Source: Malacoraja senta (lineage: Eukaryota). From it: a stretch of 64,000 bases of DNA. The DNA is taken from NCBI GenBank assembly GCA_038087875.1, contig CM075989.1:16990001-17054000 (forward strand). The letters are read 5' to 3'. Under the pieces are notes generated by a model that had not been told where the DNA came from, made no database searches, and was given only the letters and a program-made list of their open reading frames with translations. Below are positions 36,146-50,614 of the stretch, piece after piece. The translations under genes were made by a program, and so were the position numbers. The number at the start of each line of letters is the position of its first letter. The first letter of the stretch is position 1.

Positions 36146-36764
36146 CAATCTTTGGTTGTTTCCAGCATTCCCTGTTTTTTTTCTTCATATTTCCAACATC
36201 TGTTGTTTTTCTGCTTTGCTGATCCATCGCCTACTTTATGAGATACTTCGTACATTTAGACAAGTCCTCTTATTCATTTTCAGTTTGTTGATCACATACA
36301 CAGTGATAACCAATGTGTCAGTGAGTTGTGTTAAAGTATTTGCTGTGCAAAGTCTTTTCAGGATGTCAATGCATCAAGAGTTTCATATGTTACAGCTCGA
36401 ACATCTGCCTTGCTGGCACATGAACACAAATAGAGAGAAATGAGTGAGCTGTAAGATTATTTGAAGAATAAATGTGCATCAGATTGATTTGCAGCGCTCT
36501 GCAGTGCATGTTGCCATCTATCTGCTCCAGGTTCTTTTAACTAGTCTTATGCTGATAGAACAGAGATATGCTGCCTTTTACCGCCTCCGCTTTCATAGCA
36601 TCTGTTATGTTGACCGTGATAGGTGGCACCTCCTCTGGTGCTCTCTGAGGAAGGGGCACTTGAATAATCAACAGACCAACCTTGCATGGCAACACATCTT
36701 CCTGGCATTTTGCCCTGGTATGGTGTTGTACTCGATAAATAGTTGATGCCTTTAGACATTAGAC

Positions 36765-37054
36765 TTTAGAGATACAGCATGGAAACAGGCCCTTTGACCC
36801 ATTGAGTCCGCACTAACCAATGATCACCCCATACACTAACACTATCCTAAACATTAGAGATTTTTTTAGCGAAGAAAAATAACCTACAAACCTGTATTTC
36901 TATGGAGTGGGAGGAAACCGGAACCCCCAGAGAAAACCCACACGATCACAGGAAGAATATACAAACTCTGTACAACAGCATCCGTAGACAGGATCGAACC
37001 TGGGTGTCTGGTGCTGTAAGGTAACAACTCTACCACTGCGCCACTGTGCCGCCC
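36765..37054 (-). mobile_element. Full-length HE1/V-SINE-type SINE
   Basis: Head revcomp gggcggcacagtggcgcagtggtagag...ggttcgatcc (A and B boxes). Confidence 0.88.
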
Positions 37055-37082
37055 GACACACATCACTGGCAGCAGTCGGTGC

Positions 37083-37590
37083 CAGGGATGTGTGGTCAGG
37101 GGAGGCAGGGGAGGCAGAGCCTCACCTGTCATACTCCCAATGAAAATAGCTGTAAAGGAAAGTAAAGAAAAAAAATAATAAAATAAAATAAATATAAAGC
37201 TTTTTCCACTGATCTGTGTTATAAATGTCATTACTATATGAATGCAATCATTTTTTATAGTCAAAATTACCAAATTTGCGCAGATCCGCTGCAAATACAG
37301 GGAGAGATGAGAGGTGAGGCAGCGGCGAGCTGAGCCTCCCCTCTGATTGTGCAACCCCTCAAACTGTATGGAGCGCGGGCAATAAGCGTGTGCCTGTTAC
37401 TATCTCTCTGTATCTCACCAATGTAATGTGTGTAAACCCCTTCATTACATGTCCTCACCTTCCATAGTCCAGGTAACTTATTTCACATATAAATATATTA
37501 AATTTAGGCTCGCTGGTCTCTTCATAAAATTGCAATGAAAAAGCAGCAGGGGAGGCAGCTATCACGTCTGCCTCACTGAGGGGGCGTGTG
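37083..37590. mobile_element. Probable non-autonomous DNA transposon remnant
   Basis: Begins CAGGG...tggtcaggggaggcaggggaggcagagcctcac; gaggcag/gcctc motifs recur at ~37315 and ~37550; no clear TSD. Confidence 0.4.
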
Positions 37591-37847
37591 TTGAGCCCAG
37601 TGGAGGGAGAGCGAGCATCAATTACGTAGGCTCACGTAATTGACGCTGCCTCGCCCTCCCCCCACGTTAGCTAGCTTCAGCAGCGCCGGCGCAGCACTGG
37701 ATTCCACCGCGGGCGGTGCTGACTGGTTGATTTATTGATTTGAAGCGGCCGATTCGGAGGCTGTGGGCTGCTGAGAGCTCCCAATTGGGCCACACACTGG
37801 AGTAATCTACTCTCAGCTCGGGTCCCCGGCATCCACTCCCACCACCG

Positions 37848-38001
37848 GTCCTCTCCCTCCCTTCTCTCCTTCCATTCTCTCCATTCCCTTCTTCCCTCCC
37901 TCCCTTCTCTCTTTTCCCTTCTCTCCTTCCCTCGCTTCTTTCTCTCCTTCCCTCCCTCCCTTATTTCTCTACTTCCCTCCCTTCCTTCTCTCCTTCCTCC
38001 C
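37848..38001. repeat. Polypyrimidine/polypurine tract
   Basis: ~150 bp almost entirely C/T on the plus strand. Confidence 0.9.
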
Positions 38002-38023
38002 AGACACATCACGCACAGACAAC

Positions 38024-38171
<148 letters not shown>

Positions 38172-38439
38172 CAATTGCAGAACAAAACAGTTTAACCTAA
38201 TTCCACCTTCCAACTGGTACAGTCGCAATAGTTCAACGTTGGCTCAAAGGTAGACAGGCAAGGAGAGGATGTCGGTTTGTTGGTCAATCCACGTGTCCAA
38301 GGGAATGCGATGGCTGGAGGCTTGCAGCAGCCTGTGGCTCGCCAAGAACGGGCTCCACTTATAACAACTAGAGTGCGGACTGGAGTTTCGAAATTGCGCC
38401 AAAACATGTTGCCTCTTACATGCGAGCTCAGTGGACTAT

Positions 38440-38925
38440 TTCTGTACAATTTGATAATCTTGTATGTGCTTAGGTTCCAACATTCTTGACGTCGGAGTTT
38501 CCATCGTCCCGGCAACAGGGCCTGTACATCGGGCCGTCCGTAGCGGTGACTGCGGAGGGTTCAAGGGCCCCAACCACGGGTCCACAGAACAAGGAGGACT
38601 GACTGGACCTTTGTGCCTTACTTCACAGTGGGATAGATCCACTGTGGTGGATGTTTTATGTTTAATTTCTGTTGTGTATTGTGTTCTTTCTTTCTTGCTG
38701 GGAGAGGACTGCTCATCTGCCCAGCTTACCCTTGAGCAAAACTGCGCAATGCAGATGGCACCACTCAACCTCGGTTAGAGTGAAAGCCACTAAATGTTAA
38801 TGTAATGCTAATGTATGTGCTTAGGTATGGCAATACTCTACTGGACTGTTTGTAAGAAATTAATTTCACAGTGCGTTTGCACTTCGCTCTGTGACAATAA
38901 AAGTGCCATTGAACCATTGAACCAC
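38440..38925 (+). mobile_element. Non-autonomous retroposon, hairpin family (copy 4)
   Basis: cttcacagtgggatagatccactgtggtggatgttttatg core; gtgacaataaa + (cattgaac)n tail. Confidence 0.55.
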
Positions 38926-41364
38926 TGGTTCTGCAGGTCAAATCCTCTCCATTTTGTTGACTTTGTGTTTATCTTCTGCTTTGACTCAGAGGCTGAGGGA
39001 TTTTGCTTTCTCGCCCTAACATTGTTAAGTAACATATAAAGTGGCTGCTTCAATTGCCATCTTCACAGAATCATGTTGTTTTGTTGACCGTTGTTGAACA
39101 GCGTTGCTGAGTCGCAAGAGATTTCCCATCTCAGTGTTGTGAATTCTTCAAATTGTAAGCACGTCGCCCAGCAAGTGTGACCTTTGCAAACAGATCAGAC
39201 GGAGACATGCTGCACAGTACAAACACTGCCCCTCAACCACAGGGGAGTGTTTGTGCTGAATGCGGACACTGCAGGATAGATTGGGCTGAGGGAGGGGCGG
39301 TGGGGGTGAGGTAATTTCAGGGTAGGGGGTGACCTGGTGGGGACCAACGTCGGCAGGAGGCAGGTGTGGTGGTAAACGGTCGGAGAAGCCTCCAGGTGAT
39401 CCTGGCATGAGGCATGCGGTGAGGTCTCTGTCAGGATATTGAATGTGCTTTGCCTGCACTTTGGGGAAGCCTGCAACACAGCCTGCAGCTGTGGCATGGA
39501 AGGGAAGCACAGATGAAGTCTTCTTGCCTTCATTGTGGAGTCTGGGTGAACTCCCAAAAGTAGCCGTAAGATATGCTGGAGATCAGCAGCCAGGAGTGGT
39601 CCTGAGGTGAGAAAGTGACCAAGAGGCCCTGACCTTCATGGGCAAAGCAATCAGAGCACATGTACAGCACGGAGGTCAGTGATCTCAGTGAGGACAAAGA
39701 ATGGAGATTAAATGCTGGCCCTGTTATGTATCACAATGTCAGGGGCAAGGATTAGTAAGCCTTGGCCACTTGGTTGGGAACAGGAACAGTTGCAGATCCA
39801 CAAAGGGTGGTGGGTGTATGGAACAAGCTGCCAGAGGAGGCAGTTGAGGCTGGGACTATCCCAACATTTAAGAAACAGTTAGACAGGTAGATGGATAGGA
39901 CATGTTTGGAGGGATATGGTCCAAGCACAGGCAGGTGGCACTACTGTAGTAGGCCGGTGTGGGCAAGTTGGGTCGAAGGGCGCTGTATCCATACTGTATC
40001 GCTCCATGCATCTATGATAAATCATTGAAAACCTCACTGTGGATGAATTTTGTATGTTGCATTCTGGTGTCATTGTTTGTGGTAGTTTTATGCCAGAAAG
40101 AAAATGTGAGGGGGGAGCAAAAAATTCACAGAGGAAGGAAGAGTTGGATTTGTGAAAGGACACTTGGACAATCAGTGTATGGAATTATTTCAGACCCAAT
40201 TAGCAGCAGTGCATCACCACTGTTTCTTCTAGAGTTGTGGGAACAATTTTATAGCCCTCTGTGTCACATATAACTATGTTAACTGATGGCTTGGAAAATA
40301 GTGAGACAAAACTTGGAGAAGTGATAAAAGGTGAAGTGGATGCTTCGTAAGAAGAATTAGTGGGCTGGCAGGTGGACATCAGGTGGGCAATGCTGTTTGA
40401 TCATTGTGCTCTTTCATACCTCGAGTGTCAGGGGTTTTGGGGTGAAGGCAGGAGAATGGCTTTAAGAGGGAAAGATAGATTAGCCATGATTGAATGGCGG
40501 GGTAGACTTGATGGGCCGAATGATCTAATTCTGCTCCTAGAACCTAGGAACTTATGAATCGCCTGTCTAAACTGCTGCGTTTCTGGTGGTGGGTATCCAT
40601 TGCTTACATTTAAAGCTGTTAAAATCAATCTCAGGATGCAGAACCACTACTTGCAGTTACTGGGTAATAGATTACGTTGAGGTTTCACACTTTCACACTA
40701 TTTGTCACCACACGCAGGATGTGTTTCATTCTCTCAGACCCGCTCCTTCGCCGACTTCACTATAGTGTTGGGCGGTTGCTTTTCTTCAACTGTCCCAAAT
40801 GTTCCGTGGAACTGTGCTGTGCCGAAGAAGATTATTGATCTTTCGACAGGATCAGTCTTTGCCCAACCTCCCAAGGAGCATGATCTGAGCATTAACACTT
40901 TTTCTCCAATATGTGCGTTTGTTAGAGGACTTGCTCGTATTTATAATTTATCCTGTTAACCAATAATGCTATCAGTCGATGAGGGGTCAGGACCTGAAAT
41001 ATCGCCTGTCTCTTTCCTCTGCAGAAGGAACCATGGCCAGATGAGTTCCACCAAAACTTTGTGTTTTGCTCATTCATGTTTGTCCCGGCACCCTGAAATC
41101 CTATGTTTCTTCTTTCCTCCATTCCCTACAATGATCTTTATTCAAAGTCAACCATCTCTCTCTACCATTGTTTCCGGTCAGACATTCATGGAACGCGAAA
41201 CATAGAAGATAGGACAGCACAGGAATGGGCCCTTCAGCCCGCAATGTATGTGCTGAACATTATGCATAGCTGAACTGATCTCATCTGATCCATATCTCTT
41301 TATTCCCTGCACTTCCACGTGCCTATCCATGAGCCTCTTAAACGCCACATGGAGAAAAACATTG

Positions 41365-41697
41365 GAGTTTTTCTTCGAAACATAAATTTTATTCAGCATA
41401 AAAAATATATACAAAACAAGAACATTGCAAAAGCTCTACCAACATTCTCCGAGTCTACACATTTTTTTGTGTCATATTCGGCAGTGTTCGCAAACTAACC
41501 TTAAACCTTGTCACTCGTGCCCCCTGGGGTGATATCTCTTCCCTTATTTGAGGGGTGTCTCCACTGGACTCTACCCCTCAATGTCCCACAGCGGATGGAC
41601 CCAAGACTGTGGCCCTCCCCCACAGAGCCTTGGTGTTGGCTGCTCCCAGCTTCAGCCAGTCCCTCAACACAAACTCCTGTTGGCTAGACTGGAACGT
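41365..41697 (-). mobile_element. L1/Tx1-type LINE extreme 3' end
   Basis: Minus strand reads QEFVLRDWLKLGAANTKALWGRATV, then UTR, AATAAA and an A-rich end. Confidence 0.6.
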
Positions 41698-43639
41698 TAC
41701 ATTTCTGAATGTTTATTGTTCTACCCGTCATGCCTGAATGTTTTTTATTGCAGTGTGCTGCATGAAATGGAAGTATTGTAAAAACACTGGTACCATCTAT
41801 GCCTGCTCATCTGCAGTTACTGAACACGAGATTTGGCAACATTTTCCCTGTTGATTCTCCTGAGGCTGAGGTCTCCAGCTTGGTATTGCTGCAGCAATTC
41901 ACACAGATTACCTCTTTTGAATTTCACAGCTATTTTACCCATTCTGTACTTGTCAATCTATGTTACCCGGTGGACAAATGAATATTACTTGTTCAAGTTA
42001 AATTCATCTATTAGTGTCACCAGTGCTACCCAGTTTCCAAATCCTTGTTCTTCCCACATCCCTTCCTAATTCATCTCTGAGAGTCATCCCGACAACAACT
42101 AACTCTCCCTAAAATATTTTATCCCTTTTCCTGGTATCGTCTTGACATTGACCTTTGTTAGATTATTTACTGAAGCAGATGTTATGGGGAGAAGGCAGGA
42201 GAATAGGGTTGGGAGGGAGAGATGGATTAGCCTTGATTGAATGGCGGAGTAGGCTTGATGGGCCGAGTGGCCTAATTCTGCTCCTATCACTTATGAACTG
42301 ACGAAGCACTTCAAAGTTCCATTGCACGTAGTGTTCAGTTGGTAAACACATGGAACTTTATTTTTGATGTACAGGAGCATTATTAGTGAAGAGAATAAAT
42401 AACAAATATGAGCCAGTCCTCCAACAAATGTACATATTGGAGAAGTATTAATTTTCAGGGCATGGTACCTGGGAAGTAGGACAAAGACGGACACTGTTGA
42501 AAGTCTGGGAAAGGCGGAGGGGTGGGGGGGAGGGGGGCGGTAAGAGAAACAGAAGAAAGAACTCAAAGATGGAAAGCCAATGGAGCCATCAGTGTGATGC
42601 CAGCTGGCAAAGTCCAAGGGATGGCTGCCTAGTGCTGAGAAGCACTACCCAAACGTCCACATTATGTAGCTTTAGTAAAGAACAGAAGGTCTTTGTAGGA
42701 CTGCAGCTTTGATTAACCTGTTTTTACTTGAGTAGCACAAACTCTGCCATCAGTAGCTTCTCTTTTTATTAATGTGCGGAAACTGTATGTGGCCTGTGTA
42801 TAAACAGAGGGTTGAGAAATTAAATCCAGCCCATTTAAGTGAAACATAACTGTGGCTACAGTGTCAAAGGTCAGACAATATTGTTCCAATACTGTTCCAT
42901 TTTAGGCTCAAGAGCAGAATGAAACACAAAAGAAAATGCAGATGCTGGAAATCAGAAATAAAAACAGGGAATGTGGAAAATATTCAGTGAGTCAGGCAGC
43001 ATGTTATTTTATATAAATCACATTTTTATCGCCCTTCCCAAGTTCTGCAAGTGCACAGCAGAGAAATAGATCATCCAAAACAAAAGGCCAATGCCAAGGT
43101 TTAATTTCCATCCAAGCCTTTTACCCAAGCATTGGGTGTTTCAACAAAAAACTTTATTCTTTTCATGTAAGCATTAAAGATTGGAGACTTCAACTGTTTC
43201 TGAATTCTGATACTCCTCCAGGTTCTGCTCCCTTCATTGACCCCATCTCTATACCCAGTTTGATCCCTACCATGTTTCCACTATCCCATTTTATCTTCCC
43301 CTCTCTGAACCCAAATAACTCTGCCTCCTTAACGAGCTCTGACTCCAGCAAGATGTCGAGCTTCACCTTATGTTGTGGCCAGTACTTTGATCACGAGTCC
43401 TCACTTTGTACTCTGGACTTCTGCCATCAGAATTCCTGACCCAAACAGACCCCTCCGTCTGTTTTCTCAGCTTCTCTAGATGTACTCATCATTAACTGCC
43501 AACAAACATTAGTTCATCTTGTTGTCCACTGCCTTCACTCTCCCCATCTATACCTCTCTGAACCTCCAGTACCCGCTCATTAAAGACTAACTCTATTTAC
43601 ATCAGGTCTTGTTATTGGGGGCAGTGTTTTTCTGGTTTG

Positions 43640-44100
43640 GGGAACTGATCTCTATCCAGAGAAATCAGAAGTCAGCTCTCAGCTGCTTCCACCTCCCTCA
43701 GAACATGAGGCCACTACTTCCCAGACAGCCACTGACTTCAATTCCTTCGGAGAATTTCCCTCCTGCCTCATCGCCTTCCTGACCTATCCAGCCCACTTCC
43801 AATTCCTCACCAGGATTCACTAGCAGGATTGTCTGAACCCAGCTCTTACCCCACCAAACATGGTTCCTCCTTCATTTCAAACATTTCCCAGGTCCAGCAC
43901 CTTCCCACTTACATTCCTGTCACCTCTGACATTCGCTGCCATTTTGGTAGTTTCCGGTTTCCTGGTCCCAACCAACTCATTTTCACCTTGAACGTACAAT
44001 CCCTCTACAACTTCAGACAGGTCTAATTTAATTCCACCTCGCTTAACCCCCTCAACCACCACACTTATTTACTCTGAACTCATGTCCATGCTGGCTGCAT
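43640..44100 (+). mobile_element. Degenerate Penelope RT fragment
   Basis: VQHLPTYIPVTSDIRCHFGSFRFPGPNQLIFTLNVQSLY resembles PLE RT (...FTMDVQSLYT). Confidence 0.65.
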
Positions 44101-45269
44101 GTGCCTATTTATACTGATCCTAGCATACTTGTTATGCCACGGCATTTCAGGTCCTTATCTAAGTTCTTTTGAAAGGTTGTGAGGACCTCATTTCACTTTC
44201 CTTCCAGCAGTATGCTCCAGATCCCAACCATCTTCTGGTTGAAAGACATCCTTCCTCAAAATCCCCTCTAAATCTCCTCCCCTTTACCTTAATCCAGTGC
44301 TCCCTGATTATAGACACCTTTAATGAAAGTTTTTCACTGTCTACTCTGCGTACATTATTTCCCTCATAATTTTGTTTACCTCAGTCTGGATCCCTCCTCA
44401 GCCTCCACTGCTCCAAGAAAAACAAATATAATATAATAAAATATAATATAATTTTTAAATTAACAAAAATATATATATATATATGGTCTTTCCTCCTTGT
44501 TGACGCACTTCCAGTGAATCCCCTCTGCACCAAAGATCATAGAGCGGAGCTGTGGAATTCAAAGGTAGTGACAACAAATGTGTTTATGGCAAGTATTGGA
44601 GGTATAATGGTAATGTTATGACAGTGGGTATGTTAAATAGTCAAGACTAGCTAGTGTCTTATGAACACCACATGGAGTGGAGTTCAAAGGTAGGGAAAAT
44701 GAATATGTTAAATAACAGATACTAACTGGCAACTTGATTTAATGCATTAATGAATTGTACATTACACCGACAGCTTTTGGGACTTCCACACTATTTTTGT
44801 GCCATGACCAATCAAATTCCTTTTTTATTTGAAAAATCTCTATCTAGAATAAAGTCCTGCATTGTTTAACCACTTTTGTTAAGAATATCTTTGTAAATCT
44901 TATTTGCATCTTTCTAGAGCATCTGTAACATTTCTTTACAGGCAGTGTACACAGTAATCCACAGGTGTGGTTTTACTGAGGTTAGACACAAATTTAACTT
45001 TCCTGTTGCTTAGTTCATCCCACTAGAAATGAACCCTAGTGCTTGATTTTATTGCCTCGTTACAAATCATTAACTGGTATTTTAATTAATTTGTGCATCT
45101 ACTTCCAGATCCCATTCCTCTTCTACTTTATTTTGACTTTTATTTTAGGAATATGTCAATTTCTATCTACCTAACTGCATTCCATTTATATTTAAATTCA
45201 TTGCCAATTACATGTCCATACTATAAATGTATCAAAGCTCACATCCATCTTTGAATTGTTCTCAATACT

Positions 45270-45361
45270 GAAGAAGGGTTTCGTCCCGAAACGTTGCCTA
45301 TTTCCTTCGCTCCATAGATGCTGCTGCACCCGCTGAGTTTCTCCAGCAATATTGTGTACCT
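45270..45361 (+). mobile_element. ~92-bp hammerhead-containing Penelope-derived insertion
   Basis: Near-identical to 14012-14111; flanked by TTGTTCTCAATACT / TTGCTCGCAATACT (12/14 match). Confidence 0.75.
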
Positions 45362-46579
45362 TTGCTCGCAATACTCCCAGAGTTTGTATGATATAATATG
45401 ATTTGATAGAACTTTATTCATCCCAGGAGGGAAATTGGTCTTCCAACAGTCATAAAACACAACAAGATACTGTACGTGAAACATGAAATTAATGTGACAA
45501 GTGGAAAGTCCAGAATTTGGGATGTGCAAAGAATAGGGATGGGGGAGGGGGAGTGGGAGGAGGGGGGAAAGAGGAGTTAGTCTACCCCACAACATAATTT
45601 ATGAAAATTTAGAGCAACTCCAAGTGAATGGTGCAATAAGTTTAAACAGTACACCTATGCGTAAAATAACTGTCCCGACGTTTATGAAATTAAATAAAAA
45701 GATTTGTTAATTGTATGTTCCTTTCTGACACCATCCCCAAATTCTGAATGGTTTTTCTGCCTACGGAGTACAGATTATTAATTATGAACAAAAATTGCTT
45801 CTAGCAACAATCCATGTGGAACAATATTTCACAAGCGTAGGAAGTCCTTAAAGTCACATTGAACCTTTGGGCTATGAATATTGTTTTGCCAGTTTGCTGC
45901 CCATTTGCTGCCTGGACCCAATTGTACACGTTTTAAGTAGACACAAGGAATTGCAGATGCTGGTTTACAAAAAAAGACACAAAGTGCTTAAGTAACTCAG
46001 CGGGTCAGGCAGTATCTCTGGATAGGCGACAATTTGTGTTGGGACCCTTCTTCAAACTGAAGAAAGGTCCTAATCCAAAATGTTGCCTATCCATGTTCTC
46101 AAAGAATGCTTTCTGACTCACTGAGTTACTCCTGCACATTGTGTCTTTTTATATACATGTTTTGATCCTGTTTATGATACTTCCTCAATGCAGTATCTCA
46201 TCAATGTTAACTTCTTACGTGTCAAAAACGCAGCTCCGCAGTGCATATTTTGTGGGTGCAATGGAAACTGGGAATTGGTTCTAAAATAGCACTGATCTGA
46301 CTGTGGTAGATTTGGGGCCTTGGGACGTCATCCACACCAAAGATACTGATCCACACTGTTGAAATGACATCACATACACCGTTTTCATTGGAAATAGCAC
46401 CCTCTAGTGCGTGGAGGGAAATTTAAGAGCAATGATGCAAAAGATGGCCACTCATAGACCTTGCACATGTTGGATGATCTCATAATGAATTAGGTCAATC
46501 ATTGTGTGTCTAGAGCAACTGGACGATGCTATTATGATTGTGGCGTGCTCATTTGTGGTGTGGGTTGCATCTTCTGCCA

Positions 46580-47555
46580 TCATAGTTATACAGCACGGAA
46601 TCAGGCCCTTCAGCCCAGCTCCTCAGTGTCGACCAAGATGTCTATCTGAACTAATGCCATTATATCCCATATCCACCTAGATCCTTTTTATCCATGTAAC
46701 TGTCCACATTTTTTTTTAACATTGTAAGCATATGATTTCCTCTGAAATCTCATTCCATATACCCACCATTTACCCTGTGTGTAAAAAACATTGTTTTTTA
46801 AAGATCCTTTAAGATCCCTTTAAACATTTTTCCCTGCTTAACCCTATGCCTTCTAGTTTTAGACTCGCCTACTTTTATGATAAAAGACTGTGACCATCCA
46901 CCTTATCTGTAGTCTTCATGATTTTTTATATTGTATAAAGTCACCCCCTCAACATTCTATCCTCCAGAAAATGAAGTCCTTGCCCATCCAGCCTCTCCTC
47001 ACAACTCTAGTCCTCCAGCCCTGGTAACATCATCGTGAAATTTCACTGCATTTTATCCAACGTAATGACATCCTTCATAAAGCTTTGGAATTATGTCAAA
47101 CACTCCAAGTGCAGTTTCTACAATAACTTGTATTGTTAAAATGTGATATTGCAACCACTATACACAATGCACTGACCAATGAAGGCAAGCATGCCAAATG
47201 CCTTATTCACTACCCTGTCACATTCAGGAATATATGTACCAGTGCTTCTAGATCTCTCTGTTCTACAATATTCTACAAGAACTTACCATTTACTGTGTAA
47301 ACCTTGCCCTGGGTTAACTTATCAAAATGCAACAAACTTGTCCAAATTACATTCCATCTGCCATTCCTTGGTCACTTCTCCGGTTCGTCGAGATTCTGCT
47401 CTAATCTTAGATAACCTTCTTCAATGTCCCGTACAAAGCCTATTTTGGTGTCATTTGCAAACATATTAACTGTGTTAACAATATTTATGTAGATGAAAAA
47501 AAACAAAAATGAACCTAGCACCGATCTCTCTGGCACAGTTCTCCAATCTGAATCA
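46580..47555 (-). mobile_element. Degenerate CR1 RT/3' end
   Basis: PERSVLG...MFANDTKIG remnant and CR1 tail at ~46580. Confidence 0.75.
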
Positions 47556-47559
47556 TGAC

Positions 47560-47875
47560 CTTCCACTGCTATCCTCTGGCTCCTTTCACCAATTTCACTT
47601 TCCATAGAGACCATTCCTTCAACAATCCTTGGTTCACTCATCCCTTCCCTCCCGTCTCCCGAGGTACTTTCCTTTGCAACCACAAGAGATGTAACACCTG
47701 TCCCTACTCCTCCTCCTTCATCTCCATCCAGAGGCCCCAGCAACCCTTCCATGTGAAACAGAAGTTCACAGGCACCTTTTAATTTCATTTACTGCATTTG
47801 GTGCTCCTGATGTGGCCTCCTTTATGTCGGCGAGACAAGAGTAGACTCGATGGCTGTTTTGCTGAACACTTGCTA
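47560..47875 (+). mobile_element. Penelope GIY-YIG endonuclease fragment
   Basis: GTFLCNHKRCNTCPY...PFHVKQKFT then IYCIWCS*CGLLYVGET (PLE Cys motif + GIY-YIG). Confidence 0.8.
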
Positions 47876-48419
47876 GGTCCCAATGTGGACTCAGTAGGCT
47901 GAAGAGCCTGTTTCCATACCAACTTCTATGATTCAGTGACTCGATTCGATGCCTGCTGCAGGTAAACCATTTGTTGGGAGTGTCTTGGTGCTAGGGATTG
48001 CAGTAGTCTGCTAACTATGAGCTGTGTGTGTTGAGTTTAGTCTAGTGTAGATAGAGAGTGTGGAAACAGGCTCTTTGGCCTACAGTCCAGGCTGATCATC
48101 AATCACCTGTTCACTCAAGTTCTTTGTAATTCCACTTTCTCGTCGACAAGCTACATACAAGAGGCAATTTTGCAGATGCCAATTGACCAACAAACCCACA
48201 CATCTTTAGGATGCGGAAGGAAACTGAAGTCAGGCCCTCTGCCTGAAATGCTGAGTTTCCCCAACACTTTGTGTTTTGCTGAAGGATGGGAGGAAGCTTG
48301 AGTGGAATATAAATGCCTGCAAGGACTGAACAGAACTAAATATCCCCTTTCCATTGTATATGGCACAGAATTCTATTTAATTCTCTGTTGACCTTTTCCT
48401 GCTTCTGAAAATCTTCAGA

Positions 48420-49010
48420 AAATGTAAGAACATAAATAAAAGCAGGAATAGGCCCACGAGGCCCCACAAACTGGCTCCACGATTCGATAAGATCTCAGCT
48501 GATTGATCTCGACCTTATCTCGATTTTTCCACCTGATTTCCTTGCTTCCCCGTAGACCCAAAATTTGTCTATCTCGGGCCTTAACATATTCAGTGGCTCA
48601 GCTTCCACAGTTCCCTGGGGTAGAGAGTTCCAAAGATTCATAGCCCTCTGAGAGAAGAACTTCCTCTGCATCTTTCTTTAATTGGTCATCCTTTATTCTA
48701 AAGTCATGGCCCTGTATTTCTAGATTCTCCCCTTGAGGAGAAACATCTTCTCAACCTGTATTCATTCAAATCCCCTCAGCTTCCTTTAAGTTTCAATAAA
48801 ATCACTTTGCCTTCCGCTGAACTCCAATGTGCACAGGCTCATTCTCACAATCACTCCTCAGAAGATAACCCTTTTCATCCCACTTCAAATCTTATCTGGG
48901 CTGCCTCCATTGGAAATATTTGTTCAGCTGCCGTGAGTTTTCCGACCTTTATTACCCATTACCTTTATAATAAAGGCTAATATTCCTTTGGCCTTTTTAA
49001 TGATCTGTTT
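48420..49010 (-). mobile_element. Degenerate CR1 3' end
   Basis: gggtagagagttccaaagattc...ctagattctccc CR1 segments and aagaacata tail. Confidence 0.7.
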
Positions 49011-49129
49011 TGGAACTTTCTCAAAGTTAAAAAAATGTTATCCATCTTCTGGCCTAGTGCCAATCTTCACATTATTTGATCCTTCTCTCAATCTGTAACT
49101 TAGCCACAGATGGATTATCGTTTTCAAAC

Positions 49130-49317
49130 TGAAGATAGACACAAAAAGCTGGAGTAACTCAGCGGGACAGGCCGCATCTCTGGATGTCTGAAGGAGGGTC
49201 TCGACCCGAAACATCACCCATTCCTTCTCTCCAGAGATGCTGCCTGTCTCGCCGAGTTACTCCAGCTTTTTGTGTCTATCTTCGGTTTAAACCAGCATCT
49301 GCAGTTCCTTCTTACAC
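49130..49317. mobile_element. Palindromic Penelope-derived element
   Basis: gaagatagacacaaaaagctggagtaactc (49131) is the exact reverse complement of gagttactccagctttttgtgtctatcttc (~49254). Confidence 0.85.
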
Positions 49318-50076
49318 TTATCAAACTTTATTTCTCGATGGAAAATGCTTTACTAGGGACTGTGAAATATGTCCTTAAATGTCTGCCTCTGCTTTTCTGC
49401 CCTCCTAACTTTTGTTCCATTTTGCCACTTCACTTTAGCTAGCTTAGTTTAGTTTAGGTCAGTTTAGTTTAGTCTAGTTTAATTTACTGTCACGTGTGCC
49501 GAGGTACAGTGAAAAGCTTTTTTGTTGTGTGTTATCCAGATAGCGAACAGGTTCCTAATTCCAATTTCATAACTTTGTAATTGGGTGTAAATGGATATTA
49601 TAAGGAAGCAGATATTCTTTGGAGGATAGTTCACAGACATCACAACTACTGTGCTTGAAGGATTTATACAGAAAGCTATTCCACTTGTTAAACTGTGCAG
49701 TAGCTTCCAATTTACAAGCCCAGCAAAACCTGCTAATTTTCTTCAAATTAGTTCTCTACGGAAGAATTTTATTATCCTATTTCTACATAAATTCTCATGG
49801 TATGCCGAAGCTATGCTCTACTGAGCAGTGACTCGAGCTAATCATTTAGCTCACAGCTTAGAAGGAAAAGGCAGGCTTGCTGCTGGTACAATTTGAAATT
49901 GTGTTTTCAGTCCCTGGAGTCAATTTCCTCTGCAAATTGTGAACTATTAACCCTTGCACTCCACCCAAACTGAGTCCCTACACTTATCACCTGCTCTCTG
50001 CTTTCTCTTTCATAGCCAACTTGTTTGACGAATTGCACTCCCTGATGAGAAATACATAGATTGATTCGAAAAGCAG

Positions 50077-50083
<7 letters not shown>

Positions 50084-50142
<59 letters not shown>
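50084..50142. repeat. (GA)n microsatellite at the Tx1 5' junction
   Basis: ~29 GA units after A7; (GA)10 also follows the poly(A) at 56708-56727. Confidence 0.97.
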
Positions 50143-50143
<1 letters not shown>

Positions 50144-50614
50144 CTGGCTGTGTTTTTTTCAGCTCTGCAGTTGAGAAGGATTCAAACAGCTTTTCAAGGA
50201 CGTTGTCGATGGGGAAGGAACAGAGGCAGAGGGGCTTCATGGTCTAACTTATTGTTGGACTGGTGAAACTTTTCTCTGCTCTAGGAATTCTCCACAAGGG
50301 CGGACATTCCGGAGATATTTTTCCATTGTCGAGGGTGCGGTTGTCGTTGGCGGACTGCCAAGAGTGGAGGCAACGGGAAAAAAGGCATTTTGCTCCGGCG
50401 GATGTCGGGTTTAATGTGAAGATGGTACTGTTGAGTCCGGAAAGAATGGGATAGAGCTTCCCAAAAGCTGCTGTCGGCTGTGGACGTCTTTGGGGATTTT
50501 CTGGCTGTAGCTGGAGGCTTCAGAGTTCTGCTACTTGTTGACTGTGACTATTTGAAGGAGTTAACGTGGAGCTGAGCTGCCGGGGCGATTGGAGCTGGTT
50601 GTGCCTCTGTCAGG

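Noticed and set aside
39100..39780. Overlapping 120-aa minus-strand ORFs
   Set aside because: No motif or splice support; could not be assigned
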